A stretch of 47,026 nucleotides of DNA, filler included, from Dirinaria sp. TL-2023a (taxonomy: Eukaryota), in NCBI GenBank assembly GCA_051941275.1. It is 2 parts of 2 records of this genome, joined end to end, with 100 filler letters (N's around TTAATTAATTAA, not from the genome) between each part and the next. Parts side by side here need not be neighbours in the genome. Positions count along the whole stretch, not along the records: positions 23,587 to 47,026 come from JAVEBF010000206.1; 1 more part is not named here. One strand, written 5' to 3'. Position 1 is the stretch's first letter. Every line of letters begins with the position of its first letter. The translations under genes and the position numbers were made by a program. Below are positions 34,894 to 47,026 of the stretch, in pieces. A model generated the notes under the pieces. The model saw nothing but the letters and a program-made list of their open reading frames with translations. It searched no databases and was not told the origin of the DNA.

Positions 34894-37816
34894 ATGCCTA
34901 GAATCATCAGTTACACGCCCTCTTGGTTATCCAGGTCCAGTCCCGGATTCGAGCTTTTCAACCCCTCTACATCGACGCTTTCCTCATCTTACAGGAGTGG
35001 CCAAAAACAAAGCCAAACTCAAACGCAGAGTGGCGCGGCGAAGACCTCCGGCGCAGAGTACACTGGGCCCACAAGGATAATTGCTAGAAGGGACACAGAG
35101 ATTTTCGTTGTGGTTGACAACCAGATTCGCTGGTCAGATCTGTGCATGCTCAAAGATGATTGGACAGAGCAGCGCCAGCAGAGAACTCAGGGGGAAAACG
35201 GAGAATCGAAATACTCGTCGGAGGGGACACCAGATGCTGGCATCGAGAATTCAACTCAGCAGAGCTATAGGGTATGTGAATAGGATGGGGTCTCGGGAAT
35301 CAGCTACTGATCGTGGTCTCATAGATTCTTGAAGCCAAATTCAGCGAGCCAATTAGGCAACTTTCAGTATCTCCAAGTGGGGACTACCTCGCAATCATTA
35401 CTTCTCACACGATATACGTTGGTCTTCTACCCAACTCTTCGAAACTAGGACAAGAAGACTCAAGACCCATAAAGTTGAGAAAACATCAGATCGGGCCAAC
35501 CACCCATGTCCTTTCGCATTCCCCAATTGCTAGCGTTCTATGGCATCCATGTGGAGCAGGTGGGAACTGCTTGCTTACCATCACGGAAGATGGAGTGGTC
35601 CGACTTTGGGAGCTTCATCCTGAGGACCGCTGGTCGTACGACAGCTCGACCCTGGCCATAGATCTCAAGAAACTGGCGTTAGGCGTGTCGGAAAAGGAAG
35701 ACTTCAGCCCAGATAAGCTGAATAGAAATCGGAGCTACTCCATGGACAATATTGGGATGGAAGTGGCTTCGGCATGCTTTGGTGGTACTGGATCAAGTGA
35801 AGAATCACCCTGGGGTGCTATGACCCTCTGGATAGCCATGAAGGAAGGCGATGTATATGCGCTGTGTCCTCTGCTACCAAACAAATGGCAGCCAGCGTCA
35901 ACGACCTTGCCATTGCTTTCTGCGATTGCTATATCGAAGCGGTGCTCGATGGAAGAGGAACCGCTCTCGCCAGAGGAGTTACAACAATGCAAAGACGTTT
36001 ATCAATGGATATCCGAACTAGATGATCAAGAGCCGAGGGTGTTACCGGCGACACCCCATTTTGCTCCAAGCAAGGAAATCTATAATCGGCCTTTGCAGCC
36101 CCATATACCAAAGTTGCAAGGGCCCTTCCGACTATTGGGTGAGGGCGATGTTGACTTGGAAATATCCGACATTCATGTAATTGGCGCACAAATTGATAAC
36201 GACGAGCTCATGTATGGTGAAGAGCTCGACTCCGACTCTGGTCTTGGTCTGGAGGAGGACGTCGGTCTTTCCGTATCAATTGTGTGTATCTTAGCGAGGG
36301 CCGGTCGTCTCTATCTGTACGTGGACTTCACTGGTGTGGAAGGCCAGTGGCTCCCTCGCAGGGAAGTGAGTGTATCTTTTGCTGGAAGACACGGCTGAGG
36401 CTGACATGTGTTCTAGCCCAATCACATATCACCACCTTTAGATGACCCGTGCCTGACTCCCGTGGAGATTCTAGACTCTTTACCTTCAGATTCGGTCTCC
36501 GAGAACGAGTGGCCTACATTTAGTACAGATCCTCAGTCGAGATATGCAATTTTTGTGACACATAGCCAAGGGGTTTTGTTTTTCAGTCTCGAGCCTTGGG
36601 TGCGGAACCTGGAACTTGAGCTTCAAAACACCGCAAATGCCAGTACTGCTTTCCGAATCAACGTCCTCGCAAACGGATCTGGTACTTTAAGAGAACGAAT
36701 TATTGACTTCCGGCAAGAACAAGGAGGACAGGCAAGCGCGACTACTGCCGCTGTTTGCCTGCAAGACTCGGATCTTGGCTACTTCTTGTTAACCATGCTG
36801 GGTGGCATACCTCACGCCGCAGAGCTCGATAAACCAAACATCTCATCACCGAATGAGCTCGAAATGACGACTACTGCCATCTTGGAACAAAATGTGGACA
36901 TCCTGGCCCATGGCCCTACCCGGTCACCCTACGTTCCTCCAGCCTCTCTTTGGGCTCGGTCCATGCTACCTGAATTCCTCGATAATTCCGTCCAAAATAG
37001 GCACAAAAAGGCACTCAAAGAAGAAATTCGACTGTCATCTGCTACCCTTGATCTTATTACACAAGCTCATCGCGTGGTTAGTGAGGAGACACATACATTG
37101 AGCGTAGCAGCCGCAGACCTCTTCAGGCGCTGTGAGCGACTTCAAGTTGAGCTGCACGAACAGATCGCAAGAGTAAGGGAGGTAGCAGATCGTATAGACC
37201 ATGTCACTGGCAGAGAATCGGATGCTCGAGGTGATGATAATCTTCGAAACCAGGAGGCTGTAGAACGGAGAATAGAAGATGCAAATGCGCGGCAGGAGAA
37301 GCTATTGACAAGGTTCAACGAGGTGAAAGCCAATTTCACAAGATACCGACGCACGGAGTTGAGCGAGAAAGAGCGAGCATACATCTCGGATGTGCATGCT
37401 TACGAGAGTTCTATCATGGAGCCGGAACAGGATACAAGCGAAAAGGATGATAAGCATGCGCTCGAACTATGGCAAAGGCTCAAACAGGTATGCTTGAAGC
37501 CGCCTAAGACTGTAGGACTAGCTAATGTCTAATTCCCAGGCGAAACGACTGAAGGACGAGCTTATTGCTCATGCACAGGATATCTCAAGCGAAGAGGCGG
37601 GGGACGCAGTGAAGAGCTTCAGCGTTCCACCAGAATTGAGAAGGTCTAGAGTAACGCAGGTCCTGAACATGTTGGAAAGAGAGTATGTGAAATTTTGCAG
37701 ACCATCCTTTCTCCCTTAGTGCAATGTATGCTGACTACTTTCTGCTTGAAAGATCTGCCTTAGTAGACGCTGCTCAGACGAGATTAGAACGTCTCAGCTT
37801 GGCCTCGGCAGCCTGA
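34894..37816 (+). CDS. NUP82: Nucleoporin Nup82/Nup88 family, 5 exons
   Basis: Fungal Nup82-type N-terminus MPRIISYTPSWLSRSSPGFELF; beta-propeller motifs SVLWHPCG..CLLTITEDGVVRLWE and MTLWIAMKEGDVYALCPLLP; C-terminal coiled coil AAADLFRRCERLQ...ERESALVD. ORFs 34879, 35475, 36462 and 37525 are joined by GT-AG introns. Confidence 0.85.
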
Positions 37817-39019
37817 TCAGCGCTCAATCGTTCAAAGGGATCCTACCTTACCCACCCGATACCTTCAATACCGGAGCGTCAGGCTTCGCGCTTTACCCAT
37901 TGTTAACAATCTCCTGGTGTTTCCGAAGGCAGTAGTCTTTGAGTGCGTGAAAGTCAAATCGTTGCACAGTAGTGGGTCTCAGAGCCCTTGGATTCTGCAT
38001 TGATTCATATTCCTTTTCCTCGATCCTGACTGATACTACTACAACTTTCGCGATAAATCTATGTAACAGTAGCTCTTCCATGGTGATGTAGGCCATCGTC
38101 AACTTGTTGATCCGTACGATCATACCCACTCATCCAAAAAACAATTAATCAGAAGTGCTGGTCTGTTCGCTTAGCGGGCCACTGAAATGGGAGCGAGTCT
38201 CAAGAGTGACCTTTGACACATTTTTGCCGCATGAAGAAGCATGTGATAAGAGGATTTGGGTGGTTGGGTGTTGACTCACTTTTTGATGAGTCATGCAGCG
38301 ATCCCACTTTCACGCCAGGTTACCCGGCACTCGTTCCCAAGTATATGAACCCCCTCCCCTCTTACCCACTTTCCTTTTCTTTTCTTTTCTTCTTTAGCTC
38401 TCTTTGCCTTTTGGCTTAGATCAAGTGTAGTATCTGTTCTTTTCAGTTTAATCTCTGAAATTATCCTACGGGATAAATCTAAGATTATACTTATTTTTGC
38501 AACTCGGAGCTCAGTCCCCAGGCTTGCCTGTACTGCAGCTCCACTGTGTTCTTGGACTTACACTGCCTCCAAGTAACGCGAACTTTTTTTCATCATTGTC
38601 TTTGGCTTGACTGAAGCTTTGGAGAAGAAACCATGATTGTAGAATGTGAAACCTTATCCTCGAGTGCTGCGACTGTTGCCACCCACTCGAGCCACTGATC
38701 CCAGCGAAACCACCCACATCTGTAGAGTGAGGCATTGATGATTTTCTACCGCTTAAGGTGCTCAGTATTAGACCGAACTATTCGTTTCACGCGCATTTTG
38801 TATCACCTGTAACGTAGAGCCCAAGCCCTTCTTCTGAGAAATCTCGGCTAGAGGAGCCTTTTGCTTGCGCGCCACTAAGTTCAGCCACTGGCCAGACGCC
38901 TATTCTTTCTAGAGATCCTGTAAACACGGTATCAGACCTTAGTGAGAGCGGGATGAGAGTCTTAGGAAACCAAATACGATCCTCTTGACATCTCGCCCTC
39001 CAACAGACTCTCAAATCCA

Positions 39020-40502
39020 ATGGCCGAATTTATCAAGGGTCTGTTTGGAGGTATCAAATCCGCTCCTTCCCCATCGCCAGCTGGTGACGACGCAGGTATG
39101 TTTATTGCGCCCCCAAGCTATATGTTGCCGTTGTAACTTCCCGTGCTCTCACACAGACTTTGCCGACTACGCCGGGGCTCCGGACCCCTCTCCTGCATCT
39201 ATCTCCCCTACAATAAGTGCTTCCGGAGCCGGACAGTATGCTGCGCCTACATCTACTTCCACTGTGGTCTATACCCGATGGTATCGAGTATGGGAGCGAG
39301 CAAGTCCTCGCGACTTCTACCAAGAAGCCTTTATCATTCCATTTCTCGTGCTCGTCTGTATCCTGCACCTCTGGGGCCGAACTACGAATAGGCGTAAAGC
39401 GAGATCATGGATGAAGGCGCATGCACCAAAACTGGAGCAGGAATTCGCCGTTCTTGGATTCCTGGGCAAGAGAACACCGAGCTTTGACGAAATCCAAAGC
39501 CAAGGCCTTGCGAAGGCCATGGAGTCGGATGATTTCAAGCTGCCACAAACGCTTCTGAAGGAGAAGACAGCGTCAGAGTTCCTCACGTACGCTACCGGAC
39601 GGCAGAACACCGCTTTCGTGGATTTCAAGATCTTTCTCTACAAACGATATAATCCTATGACTCTTCTTGTCGAGTATCTATTCAGCTTCTTCTTTGAAAG
39701 CGCACGACCACCGACAGAGCGCATGGAAGCAACTGCTTACATGTTCGATGGCAAAGAGAAAGAGCTTGTACCAAGGTTAGGTAAAGAAACCCCGGAGATC
39801 AAAACAACACAATCAACTTATGATCCATTCGTCTTTGCAATTGTTAATAAGGATTTGATGCGGAACGTGCGCGAGGAGCGCTATGACCTCTCCATAACGA
39901 GCACGAAAGATCATGCGAAGCTGCCAGTTTGGCTTACTACAATGAGTGAGGCTTCCGAGGTTACCGAGCACATGATCACGCCAGAATTGGTCAAAGCTTT
40001 GGAAGCGGCTGGTGAGGACTTCGAGTTCTTGATAATTACTGACCAGCCGCTTGACAAGCCCACCAAGTAAGCATTCTGATCTCTCGTACAATGCTACACT
40101 GTATCACTGACTTCACGAAGACTCGAGGAGACGGTTCCTAAAAAGCGCATTACCCTCTCCATCAAGCTGCCTTCCTCTTCTTCGCCGGACGCGTATTCCG
40201 CTACACTGCCCATCTTCAGCTACTATCTCCGCCTACCGGACTTTCTCGTCTCCAGTGCGCACTACCGTCCCGAAGTACAACGCAAGATCCGCAGTACACG
40301 GGATGCCGAGATCAACAAGCTGAAGAAGGCCGATGAAAGCGAGAAGGCAGAAGAACGAAGATTGGAGAGTGAGAAGAAAAAGAAAGGAATACGCGATAAT
40401 CGGTTGAAAGGGTTGAGCGCTGAGGAACAGCGAAAAGCGCTCGAGAAGGAAAGAGCCCAGAACCAGAAGAAGCAGGAGAAGAAGATGTCGAGGAAGGCTT
40501 AA
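39020..40502 (+). CDS. CCDC47/DUF1682-family ER membrane protein (PAT complex subunit-like), 3 exons
   Basis: DFADYAGAPDP, TM FIIPFLVLVCILHLWG, NRRKARSW..EFAVLGF, YATGRQN, FVFAIVNKDLMRNVREERYDLS, IITDQP and a Lys/Glu-rich coiled-coil tail. Introns 39096-39156 and 40067-40120. Confidence 0.85.
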
Positions 40503-40852
40503 AGTGGTCCATTGTACGTCCACTTCAACGGGGCTGACGCTGGCAATACTGTAGTATATGCGATTCTAAGCGAAAGATTAAAGGTCGCGGTCTCACCGAT
40601 TAATTGAATATTCGACCGGTATATCTATGTAATTTTGGTTGCTCGTATCAGCTCCCTCGACCCATACGAGCTGAATTATAGTCCGAATGGCAAGTTCACT
40701 ACTGTACATACAGCACTTACATTATGCGAATGCACCGCGTAACGGAGGCACTTCCCGCCTTTCGTCATGCAGTGACATCACCGCTAATGTACCCTATTCG
40801 ATTTTGACATTATTTTGAAATGTTATAAAGCCAGATTCCGCCGGTTGACCAC

Positions 40853-41988
40853 ATGGACTTTTTCAATCCACGACTTTTACGCCTGACATCACGTTCAATT
40901 TTCACTTGTGCTAAAGCCAGACCACTCGCACCTCGATTCAGTTTGCGTCCATTGTACTTCAAGCCATTTCATTCAACATTCCCAAAGAAGATGGAGTCCA
41001 ACAACGATGATTTTCAGCTCAGCAACCTCTTCGATGTTAAGGGCAAAGTTGCTCTTGTCACTGGCGGAGGTCAGGTGATCCAAACTGTACTACAAGTCCG
41101 GGCTGAACATCAGTAGGTAGCGGAATAGGCCTCATGGCAACTCAGGCTCTCGCGGTCAATGGAGCCAAAGTGTACATCGTTGGTCGAACGGAAGAGAAAC
41201 TTCGAACAGTGGCCGACACCCACGGCAAAGGTATCTCGGGCCAAATCATCCCTGTCACTGCCGATATCACCAGCAAGCAGGACATCCTTCGCCTGGCTCA
41301 AGACATCGAAAAGCGCGAAAAGTGCCTTTGCATTCTGATCAACAATGCCGGTATCCAAGCAACCGGCAAATTGACTCCAGCAGGTGAAAACGCAGAGGAG
41401 TTCCGTGACAACCTCTTCCACCATGAAGGTCAAGAATTCGACAATTGGGCGAGCGAATACAAGACGAATGTTGCCCAGTGCTACTTTATGACGGCTGCCT
41501 TTCTCCCCATGCTTCAACGTGCGACGGAGCACCAAAAGGGCTATTCTGGCACCGTCATCAACATAACCTCCATTTCCGGCATCGTCCTTAAGTCCCAGGG
41601 CCACTTCTCTTACAACGCCAGCAAAGCGGCCGCAAATCACATCACGAAGATGTTGGCGGCAGAGATCTCCAACAAAGGCATCAAAATCCGGATCAATGCG
41701 ATCGCACCGGGCGTATATCCGAGCGAGATGACGGCGGGGGAGAGCAAGGATAACCAGAAGAGCGAGCTACCCAAGGAGAAGTATGGACATCTGCCGAGCG
41801 AGCGGCCAGGAAACGACCGGGATATGGCCAATGCTATATTGTTCGCTGTGACAAACCAGTACCTCAATGGCCAGGTAAGCTCCCTTCCCCAGGTTTCCAC
41901 ATTTGATGCGCAATTGCAGCATCATCGCTGACCCATGCATCAGGTGGTCGCGGTGGATGGAGGCTATCTTACCAAGTTCGGCTCGTGA
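40853..41988 (+). CDS. Short-chain dehydrogenase/reductase (classical SDR), 3 exons; two in-frame ATGs (40853, 40991)
   Basis: KVALVTGGGSGIG (after intron 41070-41116), LINNAG, ITSISG, YNASK (YxxxK), INAIAPG, and YLNGQ/VVAVDGGY after intron 41875-41943. Confidence 0.92.
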
Positions 41989-42808
41989 GTGCCGAGTCCG
42001 CAGACCAAGACAAAGTGCAAGTGGAAAAGTGTTAGGCAAAATTCTCTGTTTCAAAGCGAGTTGCCTCCGAAGAAGGCCATATTTCTAGCATTTGCAATGT
42101 TTCTGGCAGATCCGAGCAATAGAAATCAATTAGTTATGGCTTTGTTGGGATCAGCCATAGACTCACAACTGTCAGACATACTACTTTACCGCAGCACTGA
42201 AAATTCATTCTTGGCACAGTCACATCCAGCTAGTCGCTCGATCAGGAACGTAAGATTGTGGCGCAAAGCCAGCCCCTTAAGCTCGCCCTAAACTCGCCCC
42301 TAAACTCGCCCAAAGTAGCCACCCACGCCACACTCCCCGCCTGAGCCCATCTGCATTGTTGATGGCCGCACATCTCCCGTTTGAGGTCCGCCTACCCGGC
42401 CATCATTTGACGAATGAATTTCCAGCTCCCTCATCCCTCCGAAACAGGACCCGTATTCGATGTAGTAGTGACTGACGCGGCTCCCGATCTTAAGCTCGTA
42501 TGCCAGTGGCGTGCAAGAGCTGACGCACCTAAATATGGGTCCTTCTTCCATCCATGACACCCTGGAGGGGCCATGGATGACCCTCCTCAGAAGGGCATAA
42601 TAATCTGAATAGAATACAGTCCTCCTACTCTCCTAAGGTTTTCCTTCTCATTTTGTGTTTTCCTGTTCATTGACCTCGATACTCTCGTTATCCTCTCACA
42701 TTCACTCCAGCCTCGCGCTGCACGAGACATTGCCACCGACCTACACTCCATTCCTACCCATATTCAATGCTCCGAATCGGACAGCCAGCCTCTTGATAGT
42801 TCAGCATT

Positions 42809-43978
42809 ATGTACTCTGTAATATCACTGCTGTTGTTATCGCTCCTTCCTTTGACTTTCGGTGCTGTTGTGCCGGCACAGAATGCATCCGTTGCCTGCAA
42901 TAATTCTCCAGATCTCTGCAACAGGTCCTATTCAAATATCACACAGCTTGGAGCTCACGACAGTCCTTTTCTCAGAGATGCCTCCACAGGCAACAGCCTG
43001 TCTGGCAACCAGTACGTCCAGCAATTCAAAGCTTGGCAGCATCAGCTAACAGATTCCAGATTAGTGAATACCACCGCGCAATTGAACGCTGGCGTTCGAC
43101 TCGTTACTGCCCAAGTCCATAATAACAACGGATCATTACACCTATGCCATACAAGTTGCGATCTTCTGGACGCTGGGCTGTTGAGCACATGGCTTGGAGA
43201 GGTAGGAACTTGGATGGACGCCAACCGAAATGATGTCGTCACAGTTCTTCTGGTAAACTCGGATGACAATACCGCGGCCCAGCTGCACCAAGAATTCGTC
43301 CAGGCTGGCATCGACAAATATGGCTATGCTCCTTCTCAAAATACCCAAGCACTGCAGACATGGCCAACTCTACAAAGCCTTATCGCAGCTAATACTCGCC
43401 TCATCACGTTCGTTGCCGATCTCGACCCATCGACCACTGGGCCAGCAGGAGCACCTTATCTCCTCGATGAATTTACATTCGTTTTCGAAAACCCTTTCCA
43501 GGTCACTGATGCGAGCAACTTTTCCTGTATACCTGACCGACCACCAGCCGTGGCCGGCAACATTCAAGAAGCTATTTCGTCGAATCGTCTGTCCCTTGTA
43601 AACCACTTTCTAGATTTGCAAGAGGCCCTTGGCATCACGGTACCTAATTTCGCCAATGCGAAGCTCACAAACGCCAACAGCGGCGTTGTGGGTAGTCTTG
43701 GAGCGGCAGCCGCAGATTGTGCCCGGCAATTTGGAAAGCAGCCGAACTATCTCTTGGTGGATTTCTTCGACCAAGGTTCGGCTATCAATACTGTTGACAC
43801 GATCAATGGCATCACACCTGTTGGCAGGAGTCAGCCAAGTAACGTTACAAATCCGCAGCAGATTGTGGGCTCTAATGCAGGAATAAAGAGTACGATTTTC
43901 AACGAGTTGATTGGAAGCCCGCTTGGGGCGCTGGTGCTTATCGGTATCGGATTGCAGATAGTCATGATCTCGCTATAA
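42809..43978 (+). CDS. Secreted PLC-like phosphodiesterase (PI-PLC X-domain-like), probably GPI/C-terminally anchored
   Basis: Signal peptide; ACNNSPDLCNRSYSNITQLGAHDSPF, QLNAGVRL..QVH, LHLCHTSCDLLDAG, VVTVLLVNSD, WPTLQSLI, NHFL and PNYLLVDFF; hydrophobic C-terminus. 48-nt in-frame intron 43012-43059. Confidence 0.9.
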   Translation: MYSVISLLLLSLLPLTFGAVVPAQNASVACNNSPDLCNRSYSNITQLGAHDSPFLRDASTGNSLSGNQYVQQFKAWQHQLTDSRLVNTTAQLNAGVRLVTAQVHNNNGSLHLCHTSCDLLDAGLLSTWLGEVGTWMDANRNDVVTVLLVNSDDNTAAQLHQEFVQAGIDKYGYAPSQNTQALQTWPTLQSLIAANTRLITFVADLDPSTTGPAGAPYLLDEFTFVFENPFQVTDASNFSCIPDRPPAVAGNIQEAISSNRLSLVNHFLDLQEALGITVPNFANAKLTNANSGVVGSLGAAAADCARQFGKQPNYLLVDFFDQGSAINTVDTINGITPVGRSQPSNVTNPQQIVGSNAGIKSTIFNELIGSPLGALVLIGIGLQIVMISL

Positions 43979-44224
43979 GCAACACCCGCTGCAAGTATAT
44001 ACGTGGAGGACCCAACGCATTTGATTTGCATAGCGGTGGCGCAGTATTTTTACTTGGTTTACTCTGCATGTGGATAAGAGGTCAAATTGCATAGCGTGGA
44101 AGGGCTACTGTAAGCATATAGACAATGGACAGGTCAGGTGGAAATGATAATAATTCAAAACTTCAAGAGTCTGAGGTCTCTTCTTACGTCGCGCTTATCT
44201 TTCCAGTCCTACCTATGGCCATAG

Positions 44225-44871
44225 CTATTGCTCCTTGTCCATCGCGAGTAAGTCATTAACCGCATTAACTTTGTCCTCGAAGGTCTGCCTCTTGTCCGTC
44301 CTTTTACTGTATTTCAGCACCTCGAGTCAAACCCCCGGGGAAACGGAAGTCACCTCGAGCCAACCCTGATGTCAGTCTGTATCCTCACAATCCCTTTCTC
44401 ATGCAGCATGACATGTGCTTGACCTATCACCGTCATCACTTCATCCCATGAACCCTCTGGCCGTGTAAACGTCAGTATGCAATCGTCTTCCAACAAAAAC
44501 AAACACCATCTGAAATCTAAATGAGAAGCAACCATAAAAAGCCAATAACACCACGCAAAAGTTTGGGATCTCGGTGGTTTCATACATACTTACCAACAGT
44601 CGTGCCCGCGGAGTGCATCGAGTAGCTGAGATGCGACTTTTGCAGTAGGCGTTGGACGTCTGCTATTTGGGACGAGACGGATGCAGTTGGGGTCCCTATC
44701 TGTGATGGATGTTCCTTGTTTAATTTTCGGGTTTTGAGAGATCAATGGGAAGTAGAATTTTTGGTTTTGACTATGATATGATAAATCTCGACGTACCGGG
44801 ATCAGACAGAAGTCTGCTACACAGCTCGCTGGTGTTTTCAACATTGAAGGGTCAGGATTATTTTGTGCCAT
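44225..44871 (-). CDS. ECM15: Thiamine-binding/UPF0045 (DUF77) protein, Ecm15-like, 4 exons
   Basis: Spliced product ...[90 protein letters not shown]. Introns 44700-44796, 44457-44593 and a third near 44300-44353. Confidence 0.88.
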
Positions 44872-45304
44872 GTTTGCAGTTCAAATTGCAGTTAGAGAAG
44901 ATTTGGTGAGATGAGGGGATATTACATATGCAAGTATGATATTGGATGTTCGAGTTCAGGGGGTTTTGAGGTCGCTACCTCCGCTTCCGGTTTTCGTTAT
45001 GGCAGAGTCTAACAAGCTGCTGAATTCACCCCTTCACCTATTTCCTTCCTTTATTCGGAAGATTACGACCCTCTCGAAATTCACTTTTCGCGCATCGTTT
45101 TTGGTGGCTAAGGCCAACCCACAGTGTAAGTACTTGGCTGCTCCAGGTCCACCACTTCTCGACTTTCATTTCATCACCTTTACTCTTTGTGCCAGAATCT
45201 CACGCAGCGCTACGCTTGATTCATTTCAATCTACAATACTTGCGATTTTCATCGTGCAGATATTGAGCCATCTGTCGGACCTTAAGAGTCTCTCTGTCTC
45301 AGCT

Positions 45305-46495
45305 ATGGCCACGGCGCCCTATTCGCACCCTGGAGATACCGCAGACTTGTTCGTACTAGACGAGAACTGTGGTATTCAATTTCAGTATCTGGCTGAGGGT
45401 GCTGCAAACATAATCTACAAGCCTATTGGCCTTCCAAGGAGTCCCAGCATCGAGGCCGATATCGCTTTTCAACCGGACGAGACTCGTTCAGGAACACCTC
45501 CACCTACAGAGATACCTTTTATGGCGATGGATCCGCGGTTGGATGGAAAGCTTCTACGTCTTCAGAAAGACCTACCAACTGTTTGTCCGGTCATGGATTC
45601 CTATCGCCATTTTCAGACTGTCATCAGACGGCTATTGCACGAGAGCGAGGTGATTGGACAGACACTTTGCAAGATCTCGTCTCAGGTCATCGACGACTTG
45701 AATTCCGAGCTTCGCCAGATGGAGAACGATGGTAAGAGATCGATGAAAAGGCATGGTAATCATTTGGCTACAGACGAGCCCTATGGGACGCTCGTTACAG
45801 ACATGTCCCCAGACGGAGCGCATTTCAGCTTGGAGTTTAAGCCAAAATGGCTCGTCCAGTCGCCATCAGCTCCTAAGAGCAGCAGAAGGTGTAGGACTTG
45901 CGCTTTGCAGACGATGAGGGGGTATTCAGAGAAGCAGGATAGATCATCTACCGAGAGCGACCTAAACGTGCCTTGCCCTCTCATGCTCACCTCTGGTGAG
46001 AAACCTGACCTATTCCGGTTTGCAAATCATATGCTGGCATCACAAAGAAATAAACATCTTCAGAGATATCACTGGCTGCCGGATCTGATCACCAATTGGC
46101 TGCAGCAGACAAGGTTTCTAAAAAAGCTATCAGAACTTCAGGCTCAGCTGGACCCTAAGGGTGTTTTTACAACAGATCTGGCGGATCAGAATTTCTTGGC
46201 TGCAATGACGATACGGGACTGCACTCTCTTCCTCAAGGTGCATCCTTAAGCTCGCTTTGTATGGAATAGGTCGGCTGATGCCATACGTACACAGATTCCT
46301 CGTTCGCCCACTGCAGGACCAGCTGACGTGGACGCTCGACTTGGGGACCTTGATCAAAAGTCTTCAGAAGGGGGAAAAGCCGAGTACTGGGTTAATACAG
46401 AAAGACGGCTCATTGATGAAGGCTGGTACACGCATGAAGAGGAAGAATGCGGAAACCACGAGAATTTGTGCTATCTCGCGAGGCCAAGATCATGA
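45305..46495 (+). CDS. IPK1: Inositol-pentakisphosphate 2-kinase, 2 exons
   Basis: YLAEGAANIIY, LEFKPKWLVQSPSAP..RRCRTCAL, CPL, AMTIRDCTLFLK, then after intron 46238-46294 ARLGDLDQK...YW..TERRLIDEGWY. Confidence 0.92.
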
Positions 46496-46989
46496 GGAGT
46501 CTTTCTATGAAGTTTTATGCACGCTCTATAAGATTTTGCTGCGGAGTACAGGGAGCCAATACTGAGCGCGAGTAAGGGGCTCTGAGCCCACGCAAAATCG
46601 ACCTCCTGACAGGTAGGCTCTCATACAGCTCTGCTAGCTTCTTTATATTCCCTGTCATTGGAATTGAACGACCAACTAACATAAAGCACCAGCAAAGTAT
46701 AGAATGCCCCCGAGTCATACGATCTGGTTTCTATCCTTGTATTTGATCAGCGAAAGCTAAACTCTGGCTTTGAGAGGCAAGAACAAATTCCATAACACAT
46801 AAAAGGAGACGCCTTAAAGATGGCAATTACTGGCACTGTCATCAATTTGCATGCTGCTACAAAAGATTATTTCCAATCGAAACGAACAAGCAGCGCCAGC
46901 ATAAACTCTAGTAGTTCTCAAAAACCCATAGAACCCGTCGGTATGTATATCTATGGAGAGAAATCAATCACGTTCATGCCCACTTTAAT

Positions 46990-47023
46990 TCTCCTCTCCT
47001 CCTCCTCCTCCTCCTCCTCCTCC
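46990..47023. repeat. (CCT)n microsatellite
   Basis: Run of CTC/CCT triplets at the end of the window. Confidence 0.85.
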
Positions 47024-47026
47024 ATC

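Noticed and set aside
42283..42314. CTCGCCCTAAA x3, containing CCCTAAA (telomere-like)
   Set aside because: Only three imperfect 11-12 bp units at an internal position; this is a minor minisatellite.

Overview
Eukaryotic, intron-containing DNA from a filamentous ascomycete (Pezizomycotina-type genes; short GT-AG introns with CTRAY branch points). The window is not one proven contig: 23487-23586 is an artificial spacer (44 N + TTAATTAATTAA + 44 N). Left of the spacer, 1-8450 is a decayed AT-rich zone. It holds two nested families of diverged tandem repeats (1-3270 and 3560-4450) and broken minus-strand gene relics, one resembling the giant DUF3638/DUF3645-type proteins. Next come PTA1/symplekin, a 3-exon COA3 missed by the ORF track, a GPI-anchored Kre9/Knh1-like protein, a 7-exon membrane protein with a probable TAA at the start of exon 2, and an intronless PsiD-like phosphatidylserine-decarboxylase-family gene split by one in-frame TAA. 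Right of the spacer is a ~1235-aa protein combining a HeLo-like N-terminus, a pseudokinase and a C-terminal chymotrypsin-like serine protease, whose GDSG motif appears only after splicing; this is the most interesting locus. It is followed by a small GPI-anchored protein, an F-box-like ORF and a compact housekeeping block: PDX2, CBC2, NUP82, CCDC47-like, an SDR, a PLC-like phosphodiesterase, ECM15-like and IPK1. No tRNA, rRNA, CRISPR or intact transposon was recognised. All family assignments come from motif recognition by eye, not from database searches.
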